In this document: positions 49,545 to 62,875 of the stretch, one piece after another
Layout: every line of letters begins with the position of its first letter
Numbering within the stretch: the first letter of the stretch is position 1
DNA from: Squalus acanthias
Lineage: Eukaryota
Reading direction: 5' to 3'
Assembly (NCBI GenBank): GCA_030390025.1
Contig: CM059437.1
Coordinates: 20,336,001-20,400,000, forward strand
DNA length: 64,000 nt
Notes under the pieces: model-generated
What the model was told of the DNA's origin: nothing
Databases searched by the model: none
The model's input: only the letters and a program-made list of their open reading frames with translations
Made by a program: the position numbers and the translations under genes

Positions 49545-51870
49545 AACAACGACGACAACTTGCATTTACATTACACCTTTAACGTTATCAGACCACATTT
49601 GACACCGAGCCACATAAGATATTAGGACAGGTGAACAAAGGCTTGTCAAAGAGGTAGGTTTTAAGGAGCGTCTTAAAGGAGAAGAGAAAGGTAGAGGCGG
49701 AGAGGTTTAGGGATAGAATTCTGGAGCTTGGGGCCTAGACAGCTGAAGACACGGCCCCCTATGTTAGGGGATGCAGAAGAGGCCAGATTTGGAGGAATGT
49801 AGGGGGAAAAATTGGTGAGTGCCAGCAAAGCAGTCGGTCTCACCGTTAACGGCCACCCGATTCAATACATTTTTCAGCCCTTTCTGTCTTTTTACAAATA
49901 TTCAATATTTAGAAGAAGTTCCAAATGTGATTATTTAGCTCTTAAAGCTGAATTACCTCCCTAAACTGCACATCTGGGAAAACTGCCTCAGCACTAACAC
50001 AAATGGCTCAGCAAGCCAGGGAAGGGGCACCCAGGATCTCGCACGCAGCACTACAGCTTTGTGCAGGGGGTCAACACTGCAAGACTGGCCCTCTACCCAC
50101 AATGTGGGAGGACATTACCAAGGCCGTCACTGCCAGAAGTGTTGCCCCCACCACCTAGCTCCCGTGCCCAAAGAAACATCATGAACTCAGACCACTGGTC
50201 AAGGTCAGTGAATGTATCTTCAAAAGCCTGTCACCTACCAACTGCACCACTAGCCTCGCACACTGCTCAATGCAGGACCCCCAATCACTCACCGACCAAC
50301 AATCTGCACCAATGACAAGGCAAATCTCCCATTCCTAGCCTCACCTCACCCCCTTGGAGGAGATGGTGCAGGCCATTCTTGGCAGGGGCATGGCTGAGCC
50401 CTTGGCCAGTGGCAGGGCTGAAAGGATACAAGATGCGGGTATCCTCGTATGTTATCCCCTTCTGGCATGAACCGCTAGGTTTCCCGCCCTCCCGTCAGCA
50501 CAACTCCACCCTTGTGCCTTCCTCATTTCACACACCCAAGAAATGCAGCCTGCCCAGCCAGTGGGTCAGCAAGAAGAGGTAGCCTGCCCAGCCAGTGGGA
50601 CAACAGGCGGATGATTCCATCCCAGATATCCCGGTCACAAAGGGGCTGTCTGGGTTGCATCCTTCTGTCTGATTCCTCCTCTTCTGCGTCTTGCTCTTAT
50701 GCATCTTCCTCTTCCCTCTGCAAGCGGATGCTGTAAATGTGAAATGACAGCATAAGATGCTGCAAATACTCAGTTGGTCAGGCAGCATGTCGACCTGAGA
50801 TGTGAACTCCACGGATGTAGCGTGACCTGCTGACTATTCACAGCATGTTCTGTCTTCTCAAAGGCGTTCACTTACCATCCAAGCCCTTGCAAGCGTCCAG
50901 CAGCACTCCCAAAACACTTTAAAAAAAAAAACTTTTCACATATATTGCAGCAAGCCACCACTTCAATAAAATCGAAAAAAACAAGGCCAAACCCTTCCAT
51001 TCAAACTTAGCTGATTGATGTGTGTGTCCCTTTAACAGCTGCAGATATCGCCCCTGTCAGCGTCTGTCAGCCTGCTTGCACGGCAGGTTAACCGGGCGTG
51101 CTTAGGACCCAGTGCTGAATTGAGCACTAGGGTCGAAGTTCGCATAGGTGACATTAAGTCGGTGTTGCACGAATATGGCGGCCCCCGCGGGGACCGCCTC
51201 CAGCTGGTGCAAGAGCGGCGGCCGCCATTTTTTCGAGAATCGCTGGCACTAACAGGTGGCGGTAAGTATCTGAATTTCTCGCCCAAAGACTTCTAGGAGG
51301 GTTGTAGGGCTGGAGGAGGTTACACAGATAGTGAGGGGCGAGGCCATGGAGGCGTTTGAATACAAGAATGGGAATTTTACATTTGAGGAGTTGCTGAAAT
51401 GGGAGCCAGTGTAAGTCAGTGAGCACAGGGGTGATGGGAGAACGGGACTTGGTGCGAGTTAGTGTGCGAGCAGCAGAGTATTGGATGAGCTTAAGTTTAC
51501 CCAGGGTAGAAGATGGGAGGCTGGCCAGGAGAGCATTGGAGTCTGGAGGTAACAAAGGCATGAATGAGGGTTTCAGCAGCAGATGGGCTGAGGCAGGGGC
51601 GGAGACAGCGCTATTACAGAGGTGAACGTAGCTGGTCTTGGTGATGGTGCGGATATAGGGTCGGAAGCTCAGCTCAGGGTCAAATAGGAGGCAGAGTCTG
51701 CAAAAAGTCTGGTTCAGCCTGAGACATTGGCCAGGGAGGGGGATGGAATCGACGTCAAGGGAACGGAATTGGTGGCTGGGGCCAAAGACAATGGCTTTGG
51801 TCTTTCCAATATTTAATTGCAGGAAATTTTTGCTAATCCAATACTGGATGTCAGACAAGCAGCATGATAA
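49545..51870 (-). mobile_element. L2-like LINE 3' portion, interrupted at ~49802-51284
   Basis: ORF 51154-51858 with NFLQLNIGKTK, SPITPVLTDLHWLP and LHGLAPHYL (L2 RT C-terminus); tail near 49545. Confidence 0.85.
49802..51284 (+). mobile_element. Harbinger-derived element with degraded Myb/SANT-like segment and a Penelope pLTR relic at ~50750-50855
   Basis: Ends GGGGGAAAAATT / AATTTCTCGCCC; GAPRISHAAL near 50025; L2 sequence is continuous across it. Confidence 0.62.
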
Positions 51871-53859
51871 AACATAGAAGTTATCTTGCCAAAATACTTC
51901 TATGCCTTAATTGGCTGCAAAACTAGCCTCAGGAGCTTTTTTCCAGCCAATCCCAAACCATTTTGTTAAAAAAACAAAATTCATGTACAATCTCCAAAAT
52001 AGAAAGGTATGTAAAGTGCAAAAATAAATTTTAAGCATGACTTGTGGATTGCTGTCATCGTTTATGGGAAGTTGGAGGATAAATTTGCTAGGAAAAGGAG
52101 GATGTAATGGACAATGTTTTACTGTGGTGATACATTTTAGTTGTAGTTTGGAATAACGTAAAGGTTAAAACTCAAGAAAAGAATGTAAAATAGATAAAGT
52201 GTTGTAGAAATTGAAATTAATATAATTAAATGAAAGTTAAGATGTATATTGCATGTTTTTGTAGTGTGGCTTTTGAAGGGAATGGGAGTTAAAATAAATT
52301 AATGTGAAATATGACAGTGCATTAAAATGTGTATGTCTGTAATTTGTATACATATTGCGTTAGTGTGTACAATTTGTGTAGAGCAAATATTTTCCTCTGA
52401 TATATGTATCTGAGAATTTGTATGAAGTATTTTGTGTATAGATGTAAAAATTATTTATAGATGTGACTGTCGGTTGCGTTCTGGGTGGAAGGCTGGTTTG
52501 TGTTGGTGAGTGTCTGGAGGCAGAGAATTGGGGCATAGTGTTTAAGTGTTTCTGGGGCATGGGAGGATTAAGTACAGGAGTCATGGGATACGTGAGGAGT
52601 GGGAGGTGAGATCCTGAAATCTGGTAATGGTTTATGGGAGTGTGGTAGTGATAGTGATGAGGGGAGGGGTTAAGAAGTGTGGCAATGCTTGGAAGACGGT
52701 ACCAAGATGTTGGGAGTGGAATGGAGTGGAGGTCTCCAGGAATAATGAGGTGGTTTGATGAAATGGGAGCAATTGAGGGGTGGGAATTCAGGGGACAGTG
52801 GGGTGTGGGTTTAATGGGGTTTATGCTTGTGGGGGGAGAAGGGGTGGTACCCAGGTTATAATACTAGTGAGAGGGCAGTTCAGAGATTGAGAGTACTGGG
52901 AGAAGGACGCGAGCGTGTAGGAGCACTGAGACAGTGGTTCTACAGTGTGGGAATAATGGGAGGAGGTTCTCGGGATGTGGTTAATAGAGGGGAGGCAGTA
53001 TTGGAGAATTAGGAAAGCAGTTTGTACGTTTTTGGAAGATTGAGGAGAGGAATCTTGAGGTGTAGGAGCATTGAGCAGCTCAGAAGTGATCATATTAAGG
53101 GGCCTGGGGTGTGACAGTATAGGGAGAATGTGTATGATTGTATTGAGAAGGTGGTGGCCCAGGAGAATGTGAGTTCATTCCCTTGGGCCCCTTTGGGGCC
53201 ATTAGCTGCTGTGACACTGTAGATCCCAGTGAGACTCACTGACAGGTTTAGTGCCCAATATGTGTCACCCTTGTGTTCCCATCTGTGAGCTGCTTGTTCG
53301 AACATTGCACCAGTGACAAAACAGATACTCTTTTTATAGTGGGTAGAGAAAGTATCAGGCAGAGAGGGAACACCTGAGATCAGCCTCAGTCAATCTCTCC
53401 CATGAAAGCTACTAAAGATGGTTACCCCCAATCCCCCCTATTTTCCGCAAAATCAATTATTATAGCAGTGGGAGGTCGGAGCAAACCACCCTGTAGATCT
53501 GAGAATCGCAGGAGGCCAACAATGGATATCTGATTGTGATTTGAGCCCCATGCAATGGCAGGTATCCTGCTTAATGACCTGGCTTTTTCTCATTAACCTT
53601 GTTCCAGAAATTATGTGTGTACTTTTGGCAATTTTGAAATTGCTTACTGTCTAAATAGTTTGCTTTTTATGGTATTTTGCAGCATTACATTTCTTGTAGT
53701 CTGTCGAGGTTGTTAAACCAGCATGGATATTTATCCGACAGACTATCAAGGAACTGGGGCAATTGCACTAAATATACCCTCTCTATCAGGCAATTGAAGT
53801 GAATGTATCATGTAAAATGCTTTTCCCCATACTTCTCCCGATGGACTATTATTAGAGAG

Positions 53860-54480
53860 AGACCATACGTCCCCGTTTTCCGGGGTTCAGGAAACTCCTC
53901 CCCGAATAGGCGCGGGTTCAAATCACGAGTCACATGACCCCCGAGCGGCCCTGCGGTCGGTCAATAAAGTGGGCGGGGCTGTGCGGGTTCCGATTGGTGG
54001 GAGGGATGTCAATCTCCTGTTTTCAACCAGTAGAAGGGATGGACTCACTGAGGGAATTTAATCTATGCAGAGATCGCGCTCTGTGGCCGCATGCTCCTCC
54101 CCCCCGCCCCCCCCCCCCCCCCCCATCCCCTATCCCAACCACCCCCCCACCCCCCGCCAACTGAATCCACGGATAGTCCTGTGAAGTTCGGTTAACGAGA
54201 AATCGGCCCCGGATGCCAAAATGTCCACATAACAGGGGCCGCTGGTGAATGAGCGGTGACTGGAGCCAAGGCATGTGGATGTCCCGGGAGACAGCGGGCT
54301 CGGATGCTGTGGGTGAGTGTCGGGCTGTGAGGAGGGGAGAGGGGAGAGGGGCCGCTGTGAACAGCGGCCGCGTTATTCAGGCGGCAAGTTCTGGCGCTGC
54401 TTTTTGCGGATTCGGTTTGCATCAAAATAGCAAAATGTTTTTGCCTCGCTACGCTGTGCTGCGACCTACATCTTCCGTCC
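53860..54480 (+). promoter_or_regulatory. CpG-rich promoter with probable first exon of an unidentified gene
   Basis: CpG cluster not resembling any repeat in the window. GTCACATGAC E-box at 53929-53938, GC box at 53971-53978, ATTGG at 53993-53997, donor TGG|GTGAGT after 54312. Confidence 0.6.
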
Positions 54481-55119
54481 TGGCTTCTTTGCTGTGCTTC
54501 CCACCCTGAATATCCCCAGATTCAGTTTAGAAAATATGATCACCCTACTATTATAGAATGAGGCAACATTCAATCAGATCTGTCAATGAATTGCTACCAT
54601 CCAATTAACTAGCAGGAAAGCCAGATGCATCTGTCCACTAAGCTGCTTGGGATGTCAGGAAAATATTGAAATTGTGTGGCGGGGGGTGGGGGGGGCGCCT
54701 AGAAATTTGATCATTGGCCTGAATCAATTGCTATCTGGAACTACCAAAGGAAGGAAATTTAGCGCAAAAGCTAGGAAGATGGGATCGCAGACACACAATG
54801 AGAAGCTCCAGGTCAGACCGTGTTATCTTCTACTAGGAGACCACATAGTGATGTCTGGGGCACCATGAAAAACCGTTGGGAGGGAAAATGGATAGGGATT
54901 AAAATAAGAAGGTCACTAATTCAAAATGGATGTTCGGTACTCTAAGGGTTATTTAAACTATAAGAGAAAATTTACAATTGCTGCCTATCAGATTACTTTG
55001 GGCAGGGGTGGATAACGGAAGGAACCTGTGTAGTGAACATACAATAGAGCTAAAGGAGCTGATATCAACTGCATCAGCTCCCATATCACCTCCCATTTGA
55101 GAATTCAGGCCAATTCGAG

Positions 55120-55120
<1 letters not shown>

Positions 55121-55156
<36 letters not shown>
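55121..55156 (+). repeat. (TG)18 microsatellite
   Basis: Perfect dinucleotide run. Confidence 0.97.
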
Positions 55157-55157
<1 letters not shown>

Positions 55158-57421
55158 AAAAAGCCGGGCTTGGAGCACTTAGCTGGACAGAAGCCACGGA
55201 GGGGGACCCTATGCACATTAAACTGTTTGCTCAGTCAAAGATAAAATGTGCCAGACTCTCTTCTCATTGATGAACTCTGTAGTAGCCAGCTGGCATGTAG
55301 CCTGTTTGACCTCCTGAAGTGGAAAGAGGGCCACGGGAGCCTATACGTTTACCACAGACAGCAGAGGCAGAAAGATATTCTCGAGCTTAAGTAAAGCCCA
55401 GCATGGCTAATGGTCAGCCACACAGCACCTCATTAGAAGTGGGTTCTTTAGCATCATTTGAAGGAACTGAGTCAAACCAGAGTGAAGGAGGTAAGATTTC
55501 TCTCATCAATGAGCTATTTGGATCGTAATTATCATCACACTGTTCGCTGTAATGAGGATTTCGTTGTTGTTTTCAAGGTTATGGTTGGTACATTACTGTC
55601 AATGCATAGCACTCTTGTATATGTAACTCTGTTCAGCATTTTATGTAAGAATTAGGCTGAAATGAAAGCTTTGTTCCAACCATCATGCATGTTTTGCTAG
55701 ATTCACTTGAATAATTGTACCTTCTTTTTACTCTACTTTATTCCTTTTAAATGATAAAGAAAACAGTGACAGAACGAGAACAGTAAGGAATACTTGGAGA
55801 ATTGCTATTCAAGACAATTCTACTTAGTTACAGAAGCAGGCACCAAGTGTCAAATCTAGGTGCAGTAAAAAGGCTGACATTAACTTGTCGTGACATAACC
55901 ATACAGGGTAGAGCGTGTAAAATATTTTACCTTTTCATGTTCGTGTCACCTCGTGAAGCTTTGGAAGAGCAAAGCCTTCGCCAGGCTACACACATACTGT
56001 GTGTGAGCAGAGAGGATTTGCATTTAAATCAGTCTGCTGCTGTCTGAGCATTAATTAAAGATGAGCTAACTGTTTGAGTTGTCCTTTCTGAGACCAATTG
56101 TTGGCAAAAAAATTACTTGATGCTGCTCGTCGTTTTTTTAAAAACTTTTCTTTAGTTGCGGTGTTTTGCAAAATTACAGCGTGGAGAGTAAATTCCTTCA
56201 CTCCATTGCCTGGAAATTACTGCAGCCATGTTATCGTGCAGATGCTCAATGCATTTGTATCAAACTCCCTTTCTTGCTGTTGCAACGGAGGTGTTAACCC
56301 ATTTACAATAAACAGGCAAAAAATAGCGGAGAATGGAATTTGAGCACATTAAGTGATCGTGCGACTACATTGGCAACCATCATTTTTAGCTTTGTTTTTC
56401 CCCCCCCCCGAAGTTTTAAGCTGCAATTTTTGCTACCTGAAGGTACTTTTATGTGACGCCATGAACCTGCCAAAAATTGTCATTTAAAATATCTTAAAAG
56501 GAGAAGGTGTAGAGAAATTGGTAACAAAAGTAAACAAGAATTGAAACAGAGCGCCTAGAAGAAGGATAGTTTGCTCTTGCTTTCGATCAGTTCCTCCAAC
56601 TGAACGCCGCCTGTGTGTTTTAAAAAAAAAATTATTTCCAAAGTTCATGATTTTTGTGAATAAACCATAAGTAGTGTCAGATCTGTATATGAATATCTCG
56701 AGATGATGATTTTGGAATGGGTTTCCAGTTGTTGCAGTTCTGCATAGCGGCTGACTTAGTGAGGAACCCACAGGTGCTCGTTCAGCAGATGTTTGTTATG
56801 CAGTGTTATAATCTCCTCTCTGGAGGAGAAAGTGACGAGGAAATAGATAGAGGTCCTGGAAAGTAGTTCTGTTGGATCGGCTTTGAGAGTTCGGAGATGC
56901 GGTTCAAAATTAAGGAAATTTAGGCAACAAATGTTTCGTAAAAGGGCACTAGAATTGTGGAACAGATTACTGACGGTAGGTGGAACAGAAAACCATTATA
57001 GGGTTTAAACCTATTAGTTTATTATTTATTCCTCTTAATTAAGGGTCTACATGGCTCTTAGATCATGGTAAGAAAACTGATGGGGGGTTTGAAAGGGTAG
57101 ACTAGATGGACCAATGTCTCATGCCCAAAACATTACTATGTATGTATGTATATATGGATGTATATATGTGCGTGTATATTTATTTATATATATTATGTAT
57201 TATATTATATATATATATCTATAATATAGCACTGAGATATAAAAAGGGATACATTTTACATTGAAAGTAGCTCTTATTAGAGTAGCTTCTCTCAGTCAGT
57301 AGTGGATATCAAAATAAACAGACTTCTATTTAGCTGGCAGAGCTCAAGTTCAGAGAAACCCCAAGCTGTTTCTTGAGCTTCCAGTTAGACTAGTAAGAAT
57401 AAACTAGCAAAGGAATGGCAT

Positions 57422-57584
57422 AAAAAGAGAAAATGCTGGACATACTCAGCAGGTCAGGCAGCATCTGTGGAGAGAGAAACAGAGTTAATGTTTCAGGTCG
57501 ATGCTGCCTGACCCGCTGAGTATTTCCAGCATTTTCTCTTTTTATTTCAGATTTCCAGCATCCACAGTATTTTGCTTTTGTATT
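57422..57584. mobile_element. Penelope-like fold-back mini-insertion
   Basis: Inverted arms as in 17-226; 13-bp TSD AAAGGAATGGCAT (57409-57421, 57585-57597). Confidence 0.85.
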
Positions 57585-59304
57585 AAAGGAATGGCATCTT
57601 GTCTTTACACGAAGTTTAGACTAAACCAGTTTTTTTTTGACAAAACAGAGTACTTATTGATTCTGAATGTAGTGGTAAGAATTTCTCTCGTCACTGTCAA
57701 GTAGCACGATACATTCTTGTTTACAATTTTACGAGATATACCAAGCAAAGGAAACCTTCATGAACACATGCACACCAGTGCCACGCATAGCAACCAGAGA
57801 AATTGTTACCTTGTGATGCTGTAAATGTTCAGCTCCTGGAAACCTCTTTAAATCTGGTGTGATTTTCTATTGCATGAACGCTGAATATGGATTTTTAGCT
57901 GAATATTTGGGCCAGAATTAGAATATATTTTACTGTTAAGTGCACTACGCTCTAGTGAACAGTGTCTTTGAGAATCTTATAAGTAGCAGTTTATTGTGAT
58001 GAGTGTGTTAACAGGGGAACTTTGATATACTTCCTCTATTCATGGAAGGTATAAACCTTGTATTTTATATTGTTTGTCTTGGTTTCTCAGAGAGTGTCAG
58101 AGTAGGAGACTTAAGTAAATATTAAACAATCACAACTTGCCTTTAACATAGTAAATGTCCCAAGGCACTTTGCTAAATCTGCAATGGATGCTCAGCAGTA
58201 GTAGACAATCGAACGGAGGTGACTGAAGGCATAGCCGAAAAGCTACCGAGCAGAACTGTTAAATCAACTGATTTCTTTTGATTTCCAAACACCATATACT
58301 CCTCTTATTTTCAAATGTAAAATGCTGTAAACTAATTAGTGCTAATTAATTGGATCCCAAGTTCATTAAATACTAACGACCCTCTTAATCTTAATGCAAC
58401 ATTTCAATGCATGCAAGTTGCATATGTATGTTACAAAACTATATAGTGATAATGTTGCGCACTTAATAGAATAAGTATTGAGAAAAGTAAATAGGAGGAA
58501 ATACTGGCTTTTTAAAAGTGGTACATTAGAATAGGGTATGTACATGGGTGGGAGAGGGTAACTTTACAAGGCTGCACTCCCAGCAGTAAACCTCGCCCAT
58601 CAGAAATGCATATCAGAAATTCAGGCTTGTACTGCCCACAATATTAAAATCATTCATTTTAATAGTCGGAAAATTTTGGCTAGTGTGTGCCCAAATTTCC
58701 AATATATTATCCCGGCAGGCAAGACTTCCCACTAGGAGCCCTAAAATTACCTCCAAGATGCATACTTCTTGGCACAGATGTTCCAAAGAAAATGTTCAAT
58801 TGTTTTTCTGAATTTATTTTTATGGTGAAATAAGTTGTCATTTGCAGATTCTCTGCAGATTTTGTGACGGGAGGAACAGCAAATTGTTAACTCCTTTGTG
58901 TATTCACTAGGTAGTGTGACATGCCAATGAATCAATGTGTTGAGCTGTAACATGTTAGAACACGGATTTGTGCCAATAACAGTTTCATTTCCAAGTGGGT
59001 GTCTCAGTTTTCTATGGTGCCAGTAGTGACGTCTGTTGAGGTATTCTGAAGAATTCACTTCTGACAGCGATGATGCTGAAACAGTGCTGCCTTTAGCCTG
59101 GAGCTGGGCAATCATCTTGTTAAAAATGGAGTTTGAAATTGTAAAAATGTAGGGACAGAGAATCAGATACTCTGTAGAACACTTAGAGCCAAGAAACGTC
59201 ATCTGTGGCATGTCACTGGATCAGGATAATATAGATTGTAATGTTTAGACTAACATTCTGGAGTCTTTACTCAATTACCTTCAGTGGCCAAGAAGAGTTC
59301 TTGG

Positions 59305-59403
59305 AATAACAACAGAAAACGCTGGAAAAACTCAGCAGACCAGGCAGCATCCGTGGAGAGAGAAACAGAGTTAACGTTTCAGGTCGAAGACCTTTCGTCA
59401 GAA
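59305..59403 (-). mobile_element. Penelope-like pLTR fragment with hammerhead core
   Basis: Near-identical to ~62876-62974; ends just beyond CTGACGA. Confidence 0.85.
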
Positions 59404-59849
59404 GTTGTCTTTGTGATTATTTTCTTTCCTCAATGGATTAAAAAAGTATGGGAGAGTATGACCAGTGCAACTTATTATTGCAGTGAACATTCTTGGTGAG
59501 CTGAATGACATAATATCATCCATGTTTTTATTTCTTGCAGTAATATCATGTACTTTCCATTTCCCCCTCCCCCCGACAAGGACACAGCAGGAACCCATGG
59601 GTGATTACAAATATAAGATTCGAGTGCCATCTGAAGAAATCTTTTGCAGCAGAAAGAAAACCAGATATGAGTTTGAGAAATGAAGCTACAGGCTGTCACA
59701 ATCCGATTCGGAATGTCTTGAACTTGGTGCCTCGGGATCAGACGCAGTTATTGCTAAATTTAGGAACTTGAACGTGGTAGCATCAGAGTTGTCTCAGGAT
59801 CTACTGACGGGCTCTGCATGAGTGAATGTTTTGGAAAAAAAATTAACTA

Positions 59850-60590
59850 TTAATTGAGAAGGCTTCTTCCAAGGTTTTGCAGGATTGCATTAGCGAGTTG
59901 CAAGGGCATTGAATGCAAATGCAAAAAAGTGATCAATTTGTACAAGACATTGATTAATTCAAGATTAGAGTATTACATGTAACTGTGGATGCCCCATTAA
60001 TATTAAAACCATGGATAGGACACAGTAAAGATTCACTAGAAAGATAGCAGGATTGAGAGATCATAGTTTTCCAAAAAATGCTGGGAAAAATTGGGATTTT
60101 GTTTTCACTAGAACAGAGAAGCTTAAGGGGATTCAATAGAGTTTCCAAAATTATGAAAGGTTTTGAGAAGGTAAATAGCGAAAGATTGTTTCCACTGATT
60201 GACAAATCACTAACAAGTGGCATTGACTCAGGATTATCATGAGGGGAGAAGTTAAAATAAATGAATTTACACAAAGGATTATCTGACCATGGAATGCTTT
60301 ACCACGAGTGGCTATTTCTGAGTTTGCTTTGCTGGCGAGAGCTTTGCATTGCCCACTATTTCCCAACGTGCATGGCCGGCTGATGAGGCTCCCTGCCCGG
60401 AAGGACAAACTTGGAAAATTATCCCAGAGAATATAACCGAATTTAAAAGGAAATTTGATAAATATATGAAAAGGAAGAACATAGAGGGATGAGAGAGGAA
60501 AATAGGATTAAAGTAGAAAGCTCCAATTAAAGACCTTGCACTGGCATCAGGCACAACGTGCTGAGTGCTGGTCTCTTGTGCTTCTATGCA
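59850..60590 (+). mobile_element. Old CR1 3' fragment with a ~105-bp insertion (~60316-60424)
   Basis: FSLEQRSLRG...KIMKGFEKV and FKRKFDKYM motifs; left boundary uncertain. Confidence 0.7.
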
Positions 60591-61854
60591 GATGTGTCAT
60601 AGGCTAGATTTTAGACTGTGCTTCTGACTCGGAACCCATTGGATAACATCTGTCAGATGTGATTTTTTTTTTAAACATTACCAGTTTAATTCCAAATATG
60701 GAAAATGCAAGTTCAATTAAGAACCCTTGAGATTACACTAATGGCTCCTGACACATGTTCAAGACCAGCCTGCCACATTCGCGCATATTCTCACATATCA
60801 TTACCTCCCTTTTCATTTAGAAATGCTGTCGGTGTCTGGTTCTACACAGTCTTTCTCCATTTTCTCATTCTTGCTCGGGCTTTCTCCTGCACTTTTTTCT
60901 TGACAGACCCAGCCAAGCCTACCAGAATAGTTGGTAATTCATCCAGCATTGCTCAGATCCTGCTATGAACTACAAGGTACACCTATAACTCAACCCAATC
61001 ACATTTGAAAATGAATTCTCCATTATGGATAAGTTTTTTTCATATTTACCACAGTGACCTGGCCAGAGCCATGGTACAAAGGGAACACGCAGTGAATGCA
61101 GTGTTTATTTTAATTACTTCATCACTCATGTGATCTGCATGCTCTCTTCATTGCATACATACCATAGGTACAGGTGTACAGTTAGAAGTGAAGTTTGCTG
61201 AGGTGACAAGTGTATGGTTTTGATTAAACTATGACTGACTGTCCTGAAGCAATATTTGATGTTTTGTTCATTCATAAATTAGCTCATTCAAAATGGTGTA
61301 TCCGGTTGTTGAATGAGAATGCCACTGCTATGGGTATCCTGTTACATTCTCTTAGAGCGTTGATGTGAATGGTTTTGATGTTGAACTGGGGAGTGTTGGA
61401 ACAGATCAAATTCTTTGCACAGCCAGGAATAGCACAAACCAGTTAGTACTACTTCAAAATGGATGGAAAGGTCTGGGGAGGGGGAGGCCTTAAGAGTACA
61501 AATGAGATGAATTCACACTGTAGCAGATGTAGCTGCAGCATTAAACTTTGCTGTAAGCTTCCCATTCCCCAACTGCGGTAAGGTCCTGTTTTCCCCCTCT
61601 ATCCTCCCCGCCCCCCAGCAATTTGACAATTAAAAGAACATACTCTAGACACAATGATACTGTCATGTTAACCAATTCCAAGACACTTCACCAGGTAGTG
61701 CTTTTTCAAAGGGAAGTAAGGGCCAGGGCAAGGGGAGCACTTTCAGTGCTTCCATCTCCTGTATGTATTGACTCTTTTCTCACTAATTTTCCCACTGACC
61801 CCCTGTCCGGAAGGCATTGTTTTCTTGTGTACAGTTCCACCCACCACGGCCGGA

Positions 61855-62120
61855 CCCCCCCACCTCCCCAATGAGGACTCCGACCACCGACGACCTCCCG
61901 CCACCTCTCCCCCCCCCGCCCCAGAGGCCTCCGATTCTCCCCCACAAGGCCTCTGACCTCCCCCCTCCCCCGAGGCCTCTGATTTCCCCCCTCCCCTGCC
62001 CCCACCAAGAGGCCTCCGATTGCCTTCCCGGCCTCCCCTCTCTGGCCCCGATCATCCTCTGCCCCCGACCAGCTCCCCCGATCCTCCTCCGGCCCCGATT
62101 CATCCTCCTCCAGTTCCCCC
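61855..62120 (+). repeat. C-rich degenerate tandem repeat (AGGCCTCCGAT..CCCC units)
   Basis: About 8 imperfect 25-35-bp units. Confidence 0.75.
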
Positions 62121-62875
62121 AATAGGGCTTTAAACTAAAAAAGGTGGGGGGAAGGATCAGGTGAGGGGAAATTTAGAAATCTAAAGAGAAAGGTCAAGTC
62201 AATAGAGCAGTGTAGCGATTTGGGTAAAAATAAGCAGAGTGTGACAGGAAGGGACAGAGAGTTTAATGGTAGCAGTGCAGCAGAGAATAAGGTCAAAACA
62301 GGGAATAATGGTAAAACATTTAAATTAAAGGCTCTTTATCTGAATGCATGAAGCAGTCGTAATAAGATAGACGAACTATTGGCACAATTAGAGATCAATG
62401 GGTTTGATCGAATAGCCATTACAGAGACATGGTTGCAAGGTGGCCAGGGTTGGGAACAAAATGTTCCAGGGTACTTGACGTTTCAAAAAGACAGGCAGAA
62501 TGGAAAAGGAGGTGGGGTTGCCCTGATAATAAAGGAGGACATAAGGACAGTAGCGAGAAAGGATCTCGGCTCGGAAGATCAGGAAGTAGAATCAGTATGG
62601 GTGGAGATAAGGAATAACAAGGGGCAGAAAACACTGGTAGGAGTAGTATATAGGCTCCCAAACAGTAGCTATACCGTTGGACAGAATATTAATCAAGAAA
62701 TAGTAGGAGCTTGCAACAATGGCAATGCAATAATCTTGGGGGACTTTAATCTTCATATAGACTGAACAAATCAAATTGGCAAAGGTAGTCTGGAGGACGA
62801 GTTCATGGAATGCATTCAAGACAGTTTCCTAGAACAGTATGTCATGGAACCAACCAGGGAACAGGTTATTTTAGA

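Noticed and set aside
60376-60410. CTGATGAGGC...GCCCGGAAG hammerhead-like string
   Set aside because: No GAAA after stem II and no stems I or III; it lies in what looks like a MITE end fragment.
61706-62125. Several 100-138-aa Gly/Arg- or Pro-rich ORFs
   Set aside because: Artefacts of low-complexity, stop-poor repeat sequence.
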